Of a stretch of DNA of 64,000 nucleotides, positions 1 through 12,840 are shown in pieces. Source of the DNA: Macrostomum lignano (Eukaryota); contig NIVC01002793.1 of the NCBI GenBank assembly GCA_002269645.1, positions 1-64,000 on the forward strand, read 5' to 3'. The notes beneath the pieces are model-generated. The model ran no database searches, was not told where the DNA came from, and worked only from the letters and a program-made list of their open reading frames with translations. How positions within the stretch are numbered: the stretch's first letter is position 1; every line of letters begins with the position of its first letter. The translations under genes and the position numbers were made by a program.

Positions 1-3000
1 TATGGAGGATGACCACAGGACCGACGTGGTGAAGATTGTGCAGAATTTCCACACCAGCATTCGACTGCTGTCAGAAAAGTTTTGACGGAGATGGGACGTA
101 AAGACATACGCTGACGCCCACCTCCTATTTAGAGCTTATCCTCAGCTTCGAGGCCTCATCAATGTCCAAACAGGAGGAAACGATGCGCCAAAAGCGGCGC
201 TACGTCAATGGTCTGGACAAGCTGGCCTTCGCTGTGTGAGCAAGTGAAGGACATGCAGGAGAAGCTGGAGGCTCTGCAGCCGCAGCTGGCTGCAGGCCAG
301 CGCTGAGAACATTGAGCTTATGAAAGTTATCGAGCACGAATCGGTTTGTAGTTGCCGAGCAGGAGGACAAGGTGACCAAGGAGGAGGCGATGGTTAACGA
401 GAAGCGGGCCTCCTCGCGTGCGTTAAAGGATGAATGCGAAGCGGACCTGGCTGAGGCCCTGCCAGCTCTTGAGGCCGCCCTGGAGGCGCTGAATACCCCT
501 GAAGCCCAGTGATATCACCATCGTGAAAACGATGCAGAATTCCTCCGAAGGCGTAAAGATCGTGATGGCCGCCGTGTGCGTAATGCCGCAGGTGCCGCCC
601 GACAAGATTCAAGACCCGGCAGGCGGACCCAAAAAGGTGCTCGATTACTGGGGCCCGTCCAAGAAGCTGATCAACGACATGAATTTCCTGAATTATCTGA
701 AAGAGTATGACAAAGACAACATACCCGTCGCGGTTGATGACAAAGATCCGCAAGGAGTACATACCAAATCCCGAGTTCGAGCCCAGCAAGGTGTCACGTG
801 CATCGTCCGCAGCTGAAGGTCTGTGCAAGTGGATCCTCGCCATGGAGGTCTACGATCGCGTCGCCAAGGTGGTGGCCCCGAAGAAGGCCAAGCTGGCCGA
901 GGCCGAGTCTGAGCTGAAGAGCAACATGGAGATTCTGGCGCAGAAGCAGGGCGAGTTGCGCGCCGTGCAGGACAAGCTGGCCCAGCTGAAGCAGCGGCTG
1001 GAGACGCGCAGAATGAGAAGGCGCGCCTAGAGATGGAGGTCGATCTCTGCGCCAAGAAGCTGGACAGAGCCAAGAAGCTCATCGGCGGCCTTGGAGGGGA
1101 GAAGGACCGCTGGATCAGGCGGCCAAGAACCTGCAGAGCATCTACGACAACCTGCTTGGCGATGTGCTCATATCCGCAGGTGTTATTGCCTACCTGGGCC
1201 CATTCACCATGATCTACAGGTCCCAGACCACAACGAGTGGGTGAAGCTGTGCAAAGAAAAGAATATTCCCTGTTCGGATAATTTCTCCCTGACCGTCTGT
1301 CTGGGTGATCCCGTGCAGATCCAGGCCTGGAACATTGCCGGCCTGCCGAGAGACGCGTTCTCCATTGACAATTCGGTCATTGTGTCCAACTCAGGCGCTG
1401 GTGAGTGCTAAGCAATCGATTGTAATATACCATTTTGAATCTCGACAGTGCAAAGACGCACAAATTCGTTGGTTTTTTGCGTAAAAGCGTTGCTTCGATG
1501 GGATGCCGCAACTCCCCCAGTCCATCGATGGGATTCCGCAACTCCCCCAGTCCATCGATGGGATTCCGCAACTCCCCCAGTCCATCGATGGGATGCCGCA
1601 ACTCCCCCAGTCCATTGATGGGATTCCGCAACTCCCCCAGTCCATCGATGGGATGCCGCAACTCCCCCAGTCCATCGATGGGATTCCGCAACTCCCCCAG
1701 TCCATCGATGGGATTCCGCAACTCCCCCAGTCCATCGATGGGATGCCGCAACTCCCCCAGTCCATCGATGGGATGCCGCAACTCCCCCAGTCCATTGATG
1801 GGATTCCGCAACTCCCCCAGTCCATCGATGGGATTCCGCAACTCCCCAGTCCATTGATGGGATTCCGCAACTCCCCCAGTCCATCGATGGGATTCCGCAA
1901 CTCCCCCAGTCCATCGATGGGATGCCGCAACTCCCCCAGTCCATCGATGGGATGCCGCAACTCCCCAGTCCATCGATGGGATTCCGCAACTCCCCCATTC
2001 CATCGATGGGATTCCGCAACTCCCCCAGTCCATCGATGGGATGCCGCAACTCCCCCAGTCCATTGATGGGATTCCGCAACTCCCCCAGTCCATCGATGGG
2101 ATGCCGCAACTCCGCCAGTCCATCGATGGGATTCCGCAACTCCCCCAGTCCATCGATGGGATTCCGCAACTCCCCCAGTCCATCGAAGGGATGCCGCAAC
2201 TCCCCCAGTCCATCGATGGGATTCCGCAACTCCCCCAGTCCATCGATGGGATGCCGCAACTCCCCCAGTCCATCGATGGGATGCCGCAACTCCCCCAGTC
2301 CATTGATGGGATTCCGCAACTCCCCCAGTCCATCGATGGGATTCCGCAACTCCCCCAGTCCATTGATGGGATTCCGCAACTCCCCCAGTCCATCGATGGG
2401 ATGCCGCTACTCCCTGGTCTTCACCAAAGGAACTCAGTTGATTCTGCTGTCACGTGATTTAACGTAAGCTTACTATCGACACGTTTAGGCCGCTCATGAT
2501 CGATCCGCAAGGCCAGGCCAACAAGTGGATCAAGAACACATACAAGTCGACGCCAGGCTTCGCCGTGATCAAACTGAGCGACTCGAACTACATGCGCCAG
2601 ATGGAGATGGCCATCAGCTACGGCAACCCGCTGCTACTAGAGAATGTCGGAGAGGAGCTGGACCCCAGCCTGGAACCGGTGCTGCTCAAGCAGACGTTCA
2701 AGCAGAGTGAGTTTAGACACAATATTTCAGTAGGTTTTCTGCACTGCCTCGCGACAGTTCAAAGAACCGGCTTTTGTTTATTGAAGCTACAGGCACGATA
2801 GCTGAGACAAACCACCATTGTCTTTGATAATATAGTAATATCTAATTTTTGCTAATTAAAAACAAAACAGTAGCAAACCATATAATGCATGACAATATAT
2901 CTATTGGTAATGTCAGGAATGCATGTCTCTCATAATCATAACAGCATTACTAATCATTGAAAATAACAAACTTATCGAATATTTCAGCTAGAGGACAGAG

Positions 3001-6000
3001 TAAGACGATCATTTTTCCAGTTATAACAACAGATAGAATTATATTTGGTTACCATGCGAACAAAACCGTGTCACCTTAGTTTTGTTTAGTTCAATTTTTT
3101 CGAGTCGGCAATTCACAAACAGTTTGTGTGTGACTAGAGTTACGTATGTACGAGCATATACTGCATATATTGATTGAATACACCCAGCGGGCCACTCTAT
3201 AAGAAAAACTGTTCCCACAATAAAACTGAGCCAAGCACAAAGCGAATTATTCGTAGAATACCAAAGCTAATTTAATCTCGGCAAAAAATATTAGACGAAT
3301 CTCGAGCCAGCAGCGGCAGCCGGTACGACATCTCAGCGTCAGCCTCCAGCCTGACTCGCGGCCTCGGTGAGCTCGCATGTCGGCTCTACAAAAAGTACAT
3401 AATAACCAGCTGCACGGCTGCACGATGAGGCCGTCTGTCTGCGCATCCGGTGCATGAGCGGTGCATGAGCAGCTTCTTTGGTCCGCATGTGTTCGGTCTT
3501 GCATCTGCATGATTCCACTGGCGACAGATAATATAAACTACTAAATAAACTATCATAATTTATAATGCATGGAGTCGGGATAGAGGGCTGTGTCACCGAG
3601 CTGAGGATCGGATAGGGGCTGTGTCATCGAGCTGAGGGATCGGGATAGAGGGCTGTGTCACCGAGCTGAGGGATCGGGATGGATAGAGGGCTGTGTCACC
3701 GAGCTGAGGGATCGAGATAGAGGGCTGTGTCACCGAGCCGAAGGATCGAGATAGAGGGCTTTGAGAATTCCACCAAGGCACGATTCCTTAAGTTTGGCAT
3801 GTGAAGACTATTGGAGATTGAGTGTAAAAGTTTTGTGCACTCGTTCATCCCTTGAAATTCCATTTTCACAGAAGTCACTCACCTTTAATATTGAATTATT
3901 TCTTTTAGAGCAAAATATATTTTTTCATCGTTAATTTCATAGCTTTGCTTTGGAACGCACAGGAATGAGGAACATTTATTGCAGTTAGTTATACTCTAAA
4001 AATGATCGAATCCCTCTAGGTGGAGTCGACATGATCCGTCTGGGCGAAACCACCATCGAATACTCGAAAGATTTCAAGTTCTTCATCACCACAAAGCTGA
4101 GGAACCCGCACTACCTACCGGAGATCGCCGTGAAGGTGTCCCTTCTGAACTTCATGATCACGCCGGAGGGTCTGGAGGACCAGCTGCTTGGCATCGTGGT
4201 TGCTAAGGAGAAGTGAGTGGTGGTTTAGACACACCTGTTTTAGCTAGCTATGGCTGATTACTGTGAATTCTACTATCAGTAGGCTCAAACGCATTTTCCA
4301 ATTCAAATCAATCCCGCTAGGCCGGACCTGGAGGAGGAGCGGCAGTCGCTGATTAAGATGACTGCGCAGAACCGGCGCCAGCTGAAAGAGATCGAGGACA
4401 AGATTCTGGCCACTCTGGCCGAGGCCGAAGGCAACATCCTGGAGAACGAGAGCGCCATCCAGATTCTCGACTCTTCCAAGATCTTGTCCGACGACATTCA
4501 GAAGAAGCAGAAGGTGAGGCGGTGCTTTCAAGCATGTACACTTGTACTATGTCGCTAGCCTAGTGGCCTAGCGCATTCGCCACCACCACTACTGCAAAGG
4601 TTAAACAGAGTTGGTTACGGTTAGCATGCAGCTGAATAGCACGTTTAAGATGGCCCTAAATCTTAAACTTATCTGCGGAAGTCTAGAAGTTAAGAAATTG
4701 CTAATCAATACATTATATTAGTGATAAAATCAGCACAAGTCCTATGTCGCTAGTGAATTTTTATACTAACTGCACATTTGATATTTAATTTAGGTGGCAG
4801 AGAAAACTCAAGAGAAAATTGATGCGGCCCGCATGGACTACGCGCCAATTGCGAACCACTCATCGATACTGTTCTTCTCGATCACGGATCTGCCTAACAT
4901 TGATCCGATGTACCAGTACTCGCTGATCTGGTTTGTCAACCTTTATATCAGCTCCATCAATGAAAGGTGAGAATATTGGTGATTTTATTGCCTCCTTTGA
5001 AGCTCCTCCTTTCCTCACACAATATTGGCTAGAGAGTTCTAGTCTACAAACGTGATGCTGATTGGCTGGAAAAATGATGCCTAGTCGTTTTCTACCTCTC
5101 ATGGGCACCCACCTCACTCCACTCAAGCTGATTGGCTGTCAGATCAGTCAACTTCTCTCACGCGATGCCTATCATGTATATTTCAGTGCTTTAGTATTAC
5201 TACGAGTATCATACATCATGCATAACTTATATTTAATTTTATCGTTTGCATCACTTTTGCCCAAATGCACGCGTCACTGAAAGATGCATAAATTTAACTC
5301 ACAATATGTAATAAAGTCGTGCATTCAATCCATCACGAAGTTAAAACAATTAGTTAAAATAATTTTCAGCAACAAGTCAAAGATTCTGGAGCGCCGCATT
5401 CGCTACCTGAAGGACCATTTTCAGTACAATCTGTACGAGAATGTGTGCCGCTCCCTGTTCGCCAAGGACAAGCTGCTTTTCTCATTAAAGCTCTGCACCA
5501 ATTTAGTGATGTGAGATCGAGTTCATAATCCCAGCTCGTAGATATGGATTATGATGACGAAAGCTCTGAGGCCGAATCGATTTCGGCAATATGATTGCGG
5601 TCCCGCTAATCTAGCATTGATTGATTTTATTATTATTAATAACAATTAACCACGGCTATTAATCAATAATTATGTATATAATATACGCTTACTAACAGTG
5701 ATTAATTTGCTATTTAACTAACTATTAGTAGCTTAGTAGCGCCAGCCCGCCTGGCCAACGCTTTCCACCGTCATTTCAGTAACAAGAGCCGCATTCTGGA
5801 GAAGCGAATCCGCTATCTGATTGAGCACTTCACCATATCGCTCTATACTAATGTCTGTCGGTCGCTATTTGCCACCGATAAGCTGCTATTCTCATTCCTA
5901 ATGACCACCCAGCTCATGTCGTAAGTTCAGCCCCAACCCCCGGTCTAATGAAGCTTGGCAAGCTAATTTAGACTATTTTGAAATACTTCTTCTTCTTCTT

Positions 6001-9000
6001 CCGAGTTAAAATAGTTCTGTCTCTTCGCTGCTCCAGCCACTGTCCATGCTATACTTATCCAACCTGCCACTATAACACTGCGCTGTGAGGACTAATCTGA
6101 GCTTTTGTTGCTCTTTTTTGTTATTTTTAATTGGATGTTTTGTTAAGCACATTACCGATTGCAGTGCTTCATGTCACCTACCGGTACAGTTGTTTTGCAA
6201 TCAAATTTATCGGCTAGTTTGTATAAAACACTTTATATCACAATTGCCTAAGTTTTGTAAACAAAAAATATTCACAGTCTATATAATGCTCTATTGTAAG
6301 TAGTATACTTCAAGCACTTTGGTAGAGAGATTGAAAAAGCAAGAAAATCAGAGCTTGATTCACACAATCACGCAATCAATATGGTTGATTCACTAGTACC
6401 AGAACAGTTGGAACTGCTCTAGTCATCGCCATTGCTCAAAACCCATTTTGCAGTGCTCGAGGCGAACTTGACGAGAAGGAGCTGCTGTTCCTCCTCACTG
6501 GCGGAGTCGGACTGGAGAACAAGCTGCCCAATCCGGACCCGTCCTGGCTGTCCGAAAAGAGCTGGGACGAAATCTGCCGCATGTCTGACCTGCCCGCGTT
6601 CAAGGGATTCAGGTGAGAACGGGTGAACCCGGGTAACTCCGTGCAGGTGTATGCTGATCACTCAGGTATAGCTGGAAACAGGTGTGCTGATCACTCAGGT
6701 ATAGCTGGAAACAGGTGTGCTGATCACTCAGGTATAGCTGGAAACAGGTGTGCTGATCACTCAGGTATAGCTGGAAACAGGTGTGCTGATCACTCAGGTA
6801 TAGCTGGAAACAGGTGTGCTGATCACTCAGGTATAGCTGGAAACAGGTGTGCTGATCACTCAGGTATAGCTGGAAACAGGTGTGCTGATCACTCAGGTAT
6901 AGCTGGAAACAGGTGTGCTGATCACTCAGGTATAGCTGGAAACAGGTGTTCCTGGAGCGTATCTTCAGGTAATCCAACGAAGATCTTTACCTATGGAATC
7001 GGGGCAGCTGGTCAAAATCCGGTGTGCAAGGCCTGGAGAGCACACAGCCACTTCTGTTAATTTTCCAGGCAACACTTCTGCGACCACATCTCCGAATGGA
7101 AGCAGTTCTACGAGAGCAAAGATCCGCACGAGGCGACCCTGCCCGACCCGTGGCACACCAAGCTGGACGAGTTCAAGCGCATCATCGTGGTCCGCTGCAT
7201 CCGGCCGGACAAGATCATCCCAATGGTGACGCAGTACGTCAGAGAGAAACTCGGCCCAAAATTCGTGGAGCCGCCGCCGTTCGATCTGAGCCGCTCCTAT
7301 CAGGACTCGCGCCGCGACGTGCCGATGATTTTTGTGCTGTCGCCGGGCGCGGATCCCACCATGGCGCTGCTGAAATTCGTGGACGACATGGGCTTCAGCG
7401 GTAACAAGTTCGATTCGATCTCGCTCGGCCAGGGCCAGGGACCCATCGCGGCCAGGAAGATTGAGAAGGCCATGGAGGACGGCAGCTGGATCATGCTGCA
7501 GAACTGTCACCTGGCCGTCAGCTGGATGGGCGAGCTGGAGAAGATCTGCGAGGAGTGGCTGGCCAGGGAGAACACGCATCAGGACTTCCGCCTGTGGCTC
7601 ACCAGCTACCCGAGTCCGAAGTTCCCAGTCACGGTGCTGCAGAACGGCGTCAAGATGACCAACGAGCCACCGACCGGCCTGCGGCAGAATCTGCTGCAGT
7701 CGTACCTCAACGATCCAATCTCTGACCCATCATTCTTCAACGGCTGCCCCGGCAAAGAGGCCACGTTCGAGAAGCTGCTGTACAGCCTCTGCTTCTTCCA
7801 CGCGCTGGTGCAGGAGCGCCGGAAGTTCGGCCCGATGGGCTGGAACATCCCCTACGGCTTCAACGACTCTGACTTGAGCATCTCCGTGCGCCAACTGCGC
7901 ATGTTCGTCAACGAGTACGAGCAGGTGCCCTACGACGCCATCACCTACCTGACTGGCGAGTGCAACTATGGCGGCCGCGTCACCGACGACCGCGACAGGC
8001 GCTGCCTCATGACGATCCTGGCCGACTTCTACAACCCTGGCGTGGTCACCGAGCAGAAGTACAAGCTGAGCCCATCCGGCAACTACTACATCCCCAACAA
8101 GATGGACTACGCCGACTACCTGGAGTTCATCAAGAAGCTGCCGGCCTACCAGCACCCGGAGGTGTTCGGTATGCACGAGAATGTTGACATCAGCCGGGAG
8201 CTGCAGGAGACGCGCGGCCTGTTCGACTCGGTGCTGCTCACCCTCGGTCAGGCGGGATCGAGCAAGGCCGGCCAGAGCGACTCCTACCTGAACGAGATCG
8301 CCACCGACATTCTGAAGAAGCTACCGCCAAACTTTGACCTCGAGGCGGCGGTTCGCAAGTTCCCGGTGGTGTACACGGAGAGCATGAACACCGTGCTCAC
8401 CCAGGAGATGGAGCGATTCAACAAGCTGGTTGGCACGGTCCGCTCCTCGCTGCAGTCCCTGGAGAAGGCCATCAAGGGTCTGGTGGTGATGAACGCCGAC
8501 CTCGAGGCCCTCGGCGGCAGCCTGGCGGTGGGCAAGGTGCCGGCCCTGTGGATGCGCGCCTCCTACCCGAGCCTCAAGCCGCTGGGCAGCTACATCAACG
8601 ACCTGCTGGAGCGCCTAAAGTTCCTCAAGAAGTGGTACGACGAGGACAAGCCGGCGGTGTTTTGGATCTCTGGCTTCTTCTTCACGCAGGCCTTCCTGAC
8701 GGGTGTGACGCAGAACTACGCTAGGAAGTACACCATCCCCATCGACTTGCTCGGCTTCGACTTCCAGGTGCTGGCCGTGGACAGCATGTCCACCGCGCCG
8801 AAGGATGGCGCCTACGTTATTGGACTGTACCTGGACGGGGCCAGGTGGGATCGAGACAGGTGAGTCCGAGATGCTAGTAGATTTTAATGGCCATAAAAAA
8901 GAAAGTAGCTGCAGATTATAACAAAAATAAATCAAATATTTTAGTAACTGCTTCTATCACAAAATTTTAGTCTGTTGCAATAAGTAAACTCTGCAAAAAA

Positions 9001-10729
9001 GTTTAGGATCTTCTACAACCGGGGTCCGGGATTAGAACTCCAAACTCAAAGGCCAGGACTGCTTTTCTGAGTCTTTACTCTTCGTCAGCTGGTCTTCACC
9101 TATAAATACACTTGTTTGAAGTTCTGTGCGCTTGATATTTGCCCAAAATATAAAATATTGGCTTCTTTCGTACTTCGTACTTCGAGCTACTCTTTAGTAG
9201 GCGATACCTAATACAGTTCTCTAGCAGCAACCGGATTTTTGTAATAATAATCTAGGATTAAACTTCAGCTTATACCCATAGATAGTACTTACTAGTAGTT
9301 TAGCGATCAAGTAGACAAAAAAAGTTGAGATAGAAGCATATAAAGATGACGTCAAAAATAAGTTGCTTACAATATATTATAGATGGATTATATGTTACAG
9401 TACTCGCTCCCATCTCCCTCGTGTATTTTTACTGCACGGATTGTTCTCGTCCTTAAATAGTCTATGGTAAAACCCCATTGAATACTGTGCGCTTAAAAAT
9501 CTTTCCAGAGAATTTTTTAGACCAACTGTCCACACTACACTGTCTATGGTCCAAACCCCTTAGTCCAGCTTTTTACACTGTCTATGGTCCCGACCCCCCC
9601 CCCCTCAGTCCAGCTTTTTACACTGTCTATGGTCCCGATCCCTCACTCTAGCTTTTTACACTGTCTATGGTCCCGACCCCTCCTCAGTCCAGCTTTTTAC
9701 ATTGTCTATGGTCCCGATCCCTCACTCTAGCCTTTTACACTATCTATGGTCCCGACCCCTTAGTCCAGCTTTTTACACTGTCTATGGTCCCGATCCCTCA
9801 GTCCAGCTTTTTACACTGTCTATGGTCCCGATCCCTCAGTCCAGCTTTTTTACACTGTCTATGGTCCCGATCCCTCACTCTAGCTTTTTACACTGTCTAT
9901 GGTCCCGACCCCTCCTCAGTCCAGCTTTTTACATTGTCTATGGTCCCGATCCCTCACTCTAGCCTTTTACACTATCTATGGTCCATACCCCTTAGTCCAG
10001 CTTTTTACACTGTCTATGGTCCCGATCCCTCAGTCCAGCTTTTTTACACTGTCTATGGTCCCGATCCCTCACTCTAGCTTTTTACACTGTCTATGGTCCC
10101 GATCCCTCAGTCCAGCTTTTTTACACTGTCTATGGTCCCGATCCCTCAATCTAGCTTTTTACACTGTCTATGGTCCCGACCCCTCCTCAGTCCAGCTTTT
10201 TACATTGTCTATGGTCCCGATCCCTCACTCTAGCCTTTTACACTATCTATGGTCCATACCCCTTAGTCCAGCTTTTTACACTGTCTATGGTCCCGATCCC
10301 TCAGTCCAGCTTTTTACACTGTCTATGGTCCCGATCCCCAGTCCAGCTTTTTTACACTGTCTATGGTCCCGATCCCTCACTCTAGCTTTTTACACTGTCT
10401 ATGGTCCCGATCCCTCACTCTAGCTTTTTACACTATCTATGGTCCCGACCCTTCTAATTCAATTCAGAAATTGCCTAGCCGAGCAGCTGCCAAAGATTCT
10501 GTACGATCACGTGCCAGTAATCTGGCTTCGACCGATGAAACGAGAAGAGATTGACGAGAATTCAAATCGGTACACCTGCCCGGTATACAAGACCTCCGAG
10601 AGGCGAGGCGTTTTGTCCACCACAGGTCACAGCACCAACTTTGTGCTGCCAATCCTGCTCAACTGCACCGAGAAGCCGTCGCACTGGGTGAAGCGAGGCT
10701 GCGCTCTGCTTTGCCAGCTCGATGATTAA
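1..10729 (+). CDS. DNAH12: Axonemal inner-arm dynein heavy chain, C-terminal part (stalk/MTBD, AAA5, strut, AAA6, C-terminal domain); 5' end lies outside the window. Exons: <1-1400, 2489-2706, 4020-4212, 4321-4513, 4794-4966, 5370-5510 or 5780-5920, 6454-6612, 7069-8859, 10468-10729
   Basis: Spliced translation gives [82 protein letters not shown] and ends ALLCQLDD*. All junctions are GT-AG and in phase. C-terminus and AAA6 wording match DNAH12 as I recall it. The first 1.4 kb carries several 1-bp frameshifts. Confidence 0.88.
1495..2414. repeat. 30-bp minisatellite (~30 copies) in a dynein intron
   Basis: Unit TCGATGGGAT(G/T)CCGCAACTCCCCCAGTCCA repeated head-to-tail with no spacers; a few 1-bp C-run deletions. 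Confidence 0.97.
3575..3760. repeat. ~32-36-bp minisatellite (5-6 copies) in a dynein intron
   Basis: Unit GGGATAGAGGGCTGTGTCACCGAGCTGAGGATC with small variants. Confidence 0.9.
5370..5510 (+). CDS. Dynein alternative exon A (141 nt, phase 2-2)
   Basis: ttttcag|C AAC AAG TCA...GTG AT|gtgag; encodes [46 protein letters not shown]. Confidence 0.85.
5780..5920 (+). CDS. Dynein alternative exon B (141 nt, phase 2-2), paralogue of exon A
   Basis: atttcag|T AAC AAG AGC...ATG TC|gtaagt; encodes [46 protein letters not shown]. Missed by the ORF track because it has no start codon. Confidence 0.85.
6644..6949. repeat. 33-bp minisatellite (~9 copies) in a dynein intron
   Basis: Unit CAGGTGTGCTGATCACTCAGGTATAGCTGGAAA, near-perfect copies. 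Confidence 0.97.
9536..10452. repeat. ~37-41-bp minisatellite with higher-order structure in the last dynein intron
   Basis: Core TTTTTACACTGTCTATGGTCCCGA followed by alternating variants (CCCCTCCTCAGTCCAGC, TCCCTCACTCTAGC, CCCCTTAGTCCAGC); ends ~15 bp before the acceptor at 10467. Confidence 0.95.
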
Positions 10730-11529
10730 TACCGCGCTGTCACGTGACTGTAGCTTATATCAAACCGTGTAAAAGTACTTAATATTTTGTTGACTTTCAC
10801 CACAAAAACTATTTCTATTTTGGCTGCCTGCAAGTTGGTTTTTTAACTATCGAGAGAGGATTGACTATATGCCAGCTCCTACGATGTGAGTTTTATATAG
10901 CTTATATGTTTTGAGATTTTTTGAGATTCTGATTCCTACAGATTGGACCAGGCCATGTTGCTTGTTGGTTGTATAATAAAAAATAAAAGAAAATACTATA
11001 CGAAGACAATTGAATTTTTCCAAAGATTACAGAAAAAACTCGATTATAACAAAGAACATTAATTGACAAGCAACAGGTTTCCCTGAAAACTGCCCATAAA
11101 CTTAAGTGTTTTAATAATCTTAATTTACCTTATTACCATTTTTTCAAAGATAAACAACTTTGCTTCACAAAATCTGTTCAAAATATTCTGCCTAGCCTAC
11201 TCGAAGAATAGGCTACTCGAAGTTGGCCGATCGGGACGACATATTTCAAATTTTAAATATACACTCGTATAAAAAATTTCTTAAGCGATTTTTGTACGAT
11301 TCACGAAGCGTTTCTACTTTATTAAACTGGTGTTGAAGAAGCCAAGTCTGTTCGGCTGTGGAATCTCCATTGACAAAGAGAGGAAAAGGAGAGAGAAAAA
11401 TACAGAACCCTTCAGAAACTTGACTCTTCACAAGCTCGAAAATTTAAATCTCCACAAAAGTTGACCCTTGGTTTTTAATTTGATGAGTAATTCTACTTTT
11501 GAGATTTAGCTCTGTGACTTTCATGCGTT

Positions 11530-12010
11530 AGCAATAATTTCCTAGCAGTCTGGTGACGAGCACACCCGCACGGCAAGGGTCACGCGACCTGCCCCACATT
11601 CCCCAGGCACTTATTTTTAACAAATGTGCTTTATCAAATTTCAAACAACTTTTACAGGATTGCCTTGCGGTAACTGAGAGCATTTTTAAAGCATTGCCCG
11701 ACAATAAGCTGCTCCTAAAGGAGTTTTAATAGACTTGGTGCGTCGGCTACCCCTGTCTTTGCTTTTACGCACTTTGTTAAAGTTTCTTTGAAGATTAAAT
11801 CTAACCAATGCGATAAGACCCAATTTTACCCAAGGTCTTATCGAATTAGACTCCACGCATGTACTTATACGAGTTGAATAAGATGTTCAAAAGCTCTTCT
11901 GTGGACAAAAAAGATGCTCAAGAGGCTTTGCTGTTCCATCCGTTCGTCTGCGGCCTTCCCGAATCTGTGAGCTGGTAGACCTCAGAGCAAGCGCTTCAAA
12001 AAGCCCAGCT
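11530..12010 (+). mobile_element. Degenerate Ty3/gypsy-like gag fragment
   Basis: TGGTGACGAG (PBS-like) at ~11532, then a stop-ridden frame containing RMYLYELNKMFKSSSVDKKDAQEALLFHPFVCGLPESV, resembling retrotransposon gag (YxxEL...LxxxFxxGLP). Confidence 0.4.
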
Positions 12011-12840
12011 ACTGATGCAGCACAGCTCGCCAAGCATCCCAGCAGCAGCGGTGCAACCCCAAACGAGTTAATCCAGCGAAGTTCAGCAGCTGCGGTACAC
12101 TATGCAGAGTCTGCAGGCATCGGTGAGCACAAAATTCCCAGTTGCAGCAGCTAGCAGCCTGCAGAGTGAGAACAAGCATCACGACAAGACCGCATTGCCA
12201 GAGATTGCTACGGCAGGCGACAGCGGGAAACGCCAGAGGCTGGGGTGTGCGGGCCCGCAGCAACCCCGGCCTGCAGTAACTGCGGGCCCAGCAGCGCCGG
12301 CTTCAACGCCAGCCCTCATAGTCTTCAACGGGTGCAGCGTCGCGCCCGAAAGACTATCGCAGTGTGAGTGCAATCTTGATGACAGGATTGTGTAGGCGTT
12401 GAAGGCGCGACACCGGAAGCCAGCACTTTTGTAGACCGTGTCTACTGCGGAAGAAAGATTGAAGCCCCGAAAGAGCCAGTCGCTTCTATATATTTAGCAA
12501 GCACCGTACGCAAGCAACAAAGAACCTCGAGGGTCTCTCATACATGTACGCAAAGCAAAAGGGGCAAAAGGAAAAGGAAGGAACGAACAAGCAAGCAATG
12601 GGTGACGCATCGCGACAAAGAACAATCCTACCCCACTTCCCCTCAACCCCTCTCACACAACACAACTACACTGTACGTCATCACAAGCACTCACTAGTTG
12701 AGTCCAGCATCATGACAAAATCTCAGCTCAGACAGACAACCACAGCCAGAGTGCAACTTCATTCAGTGAACAAGCAGCCAATTAGCATAGAATTGCCACT
12801 CAATCAGCTCGGCAATTTTTTCGTTTTGTCAGGTTTGGTA

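Noticed and set aside
1377-2467. Long repetitive ORFs ([19 protein letters not shown] etc.)
   Set aside because: Translation artefacts of a 30-bp intronic minisatellite.
6644-6949. Hammerhead ribozyme in the 33-bp repeat (CTGATCA...GAAAC)
   Set aside because: The core reads CUGAUCA, lacking the essential G8, and stem II closure is wrong.
6965-8935. Antisense ORFs over dynein, XDH (e.g. 23444-24253) and LINE ORF1 (33003-33872)
   Set aside because: Expected shadows of GC-rich coding sequence; no recognisable motifs.
9667-10554. ORFs [17 protein letters not shown]...
   Set aside because: Minisatellite translations; only 10468-10729 is a real exon.
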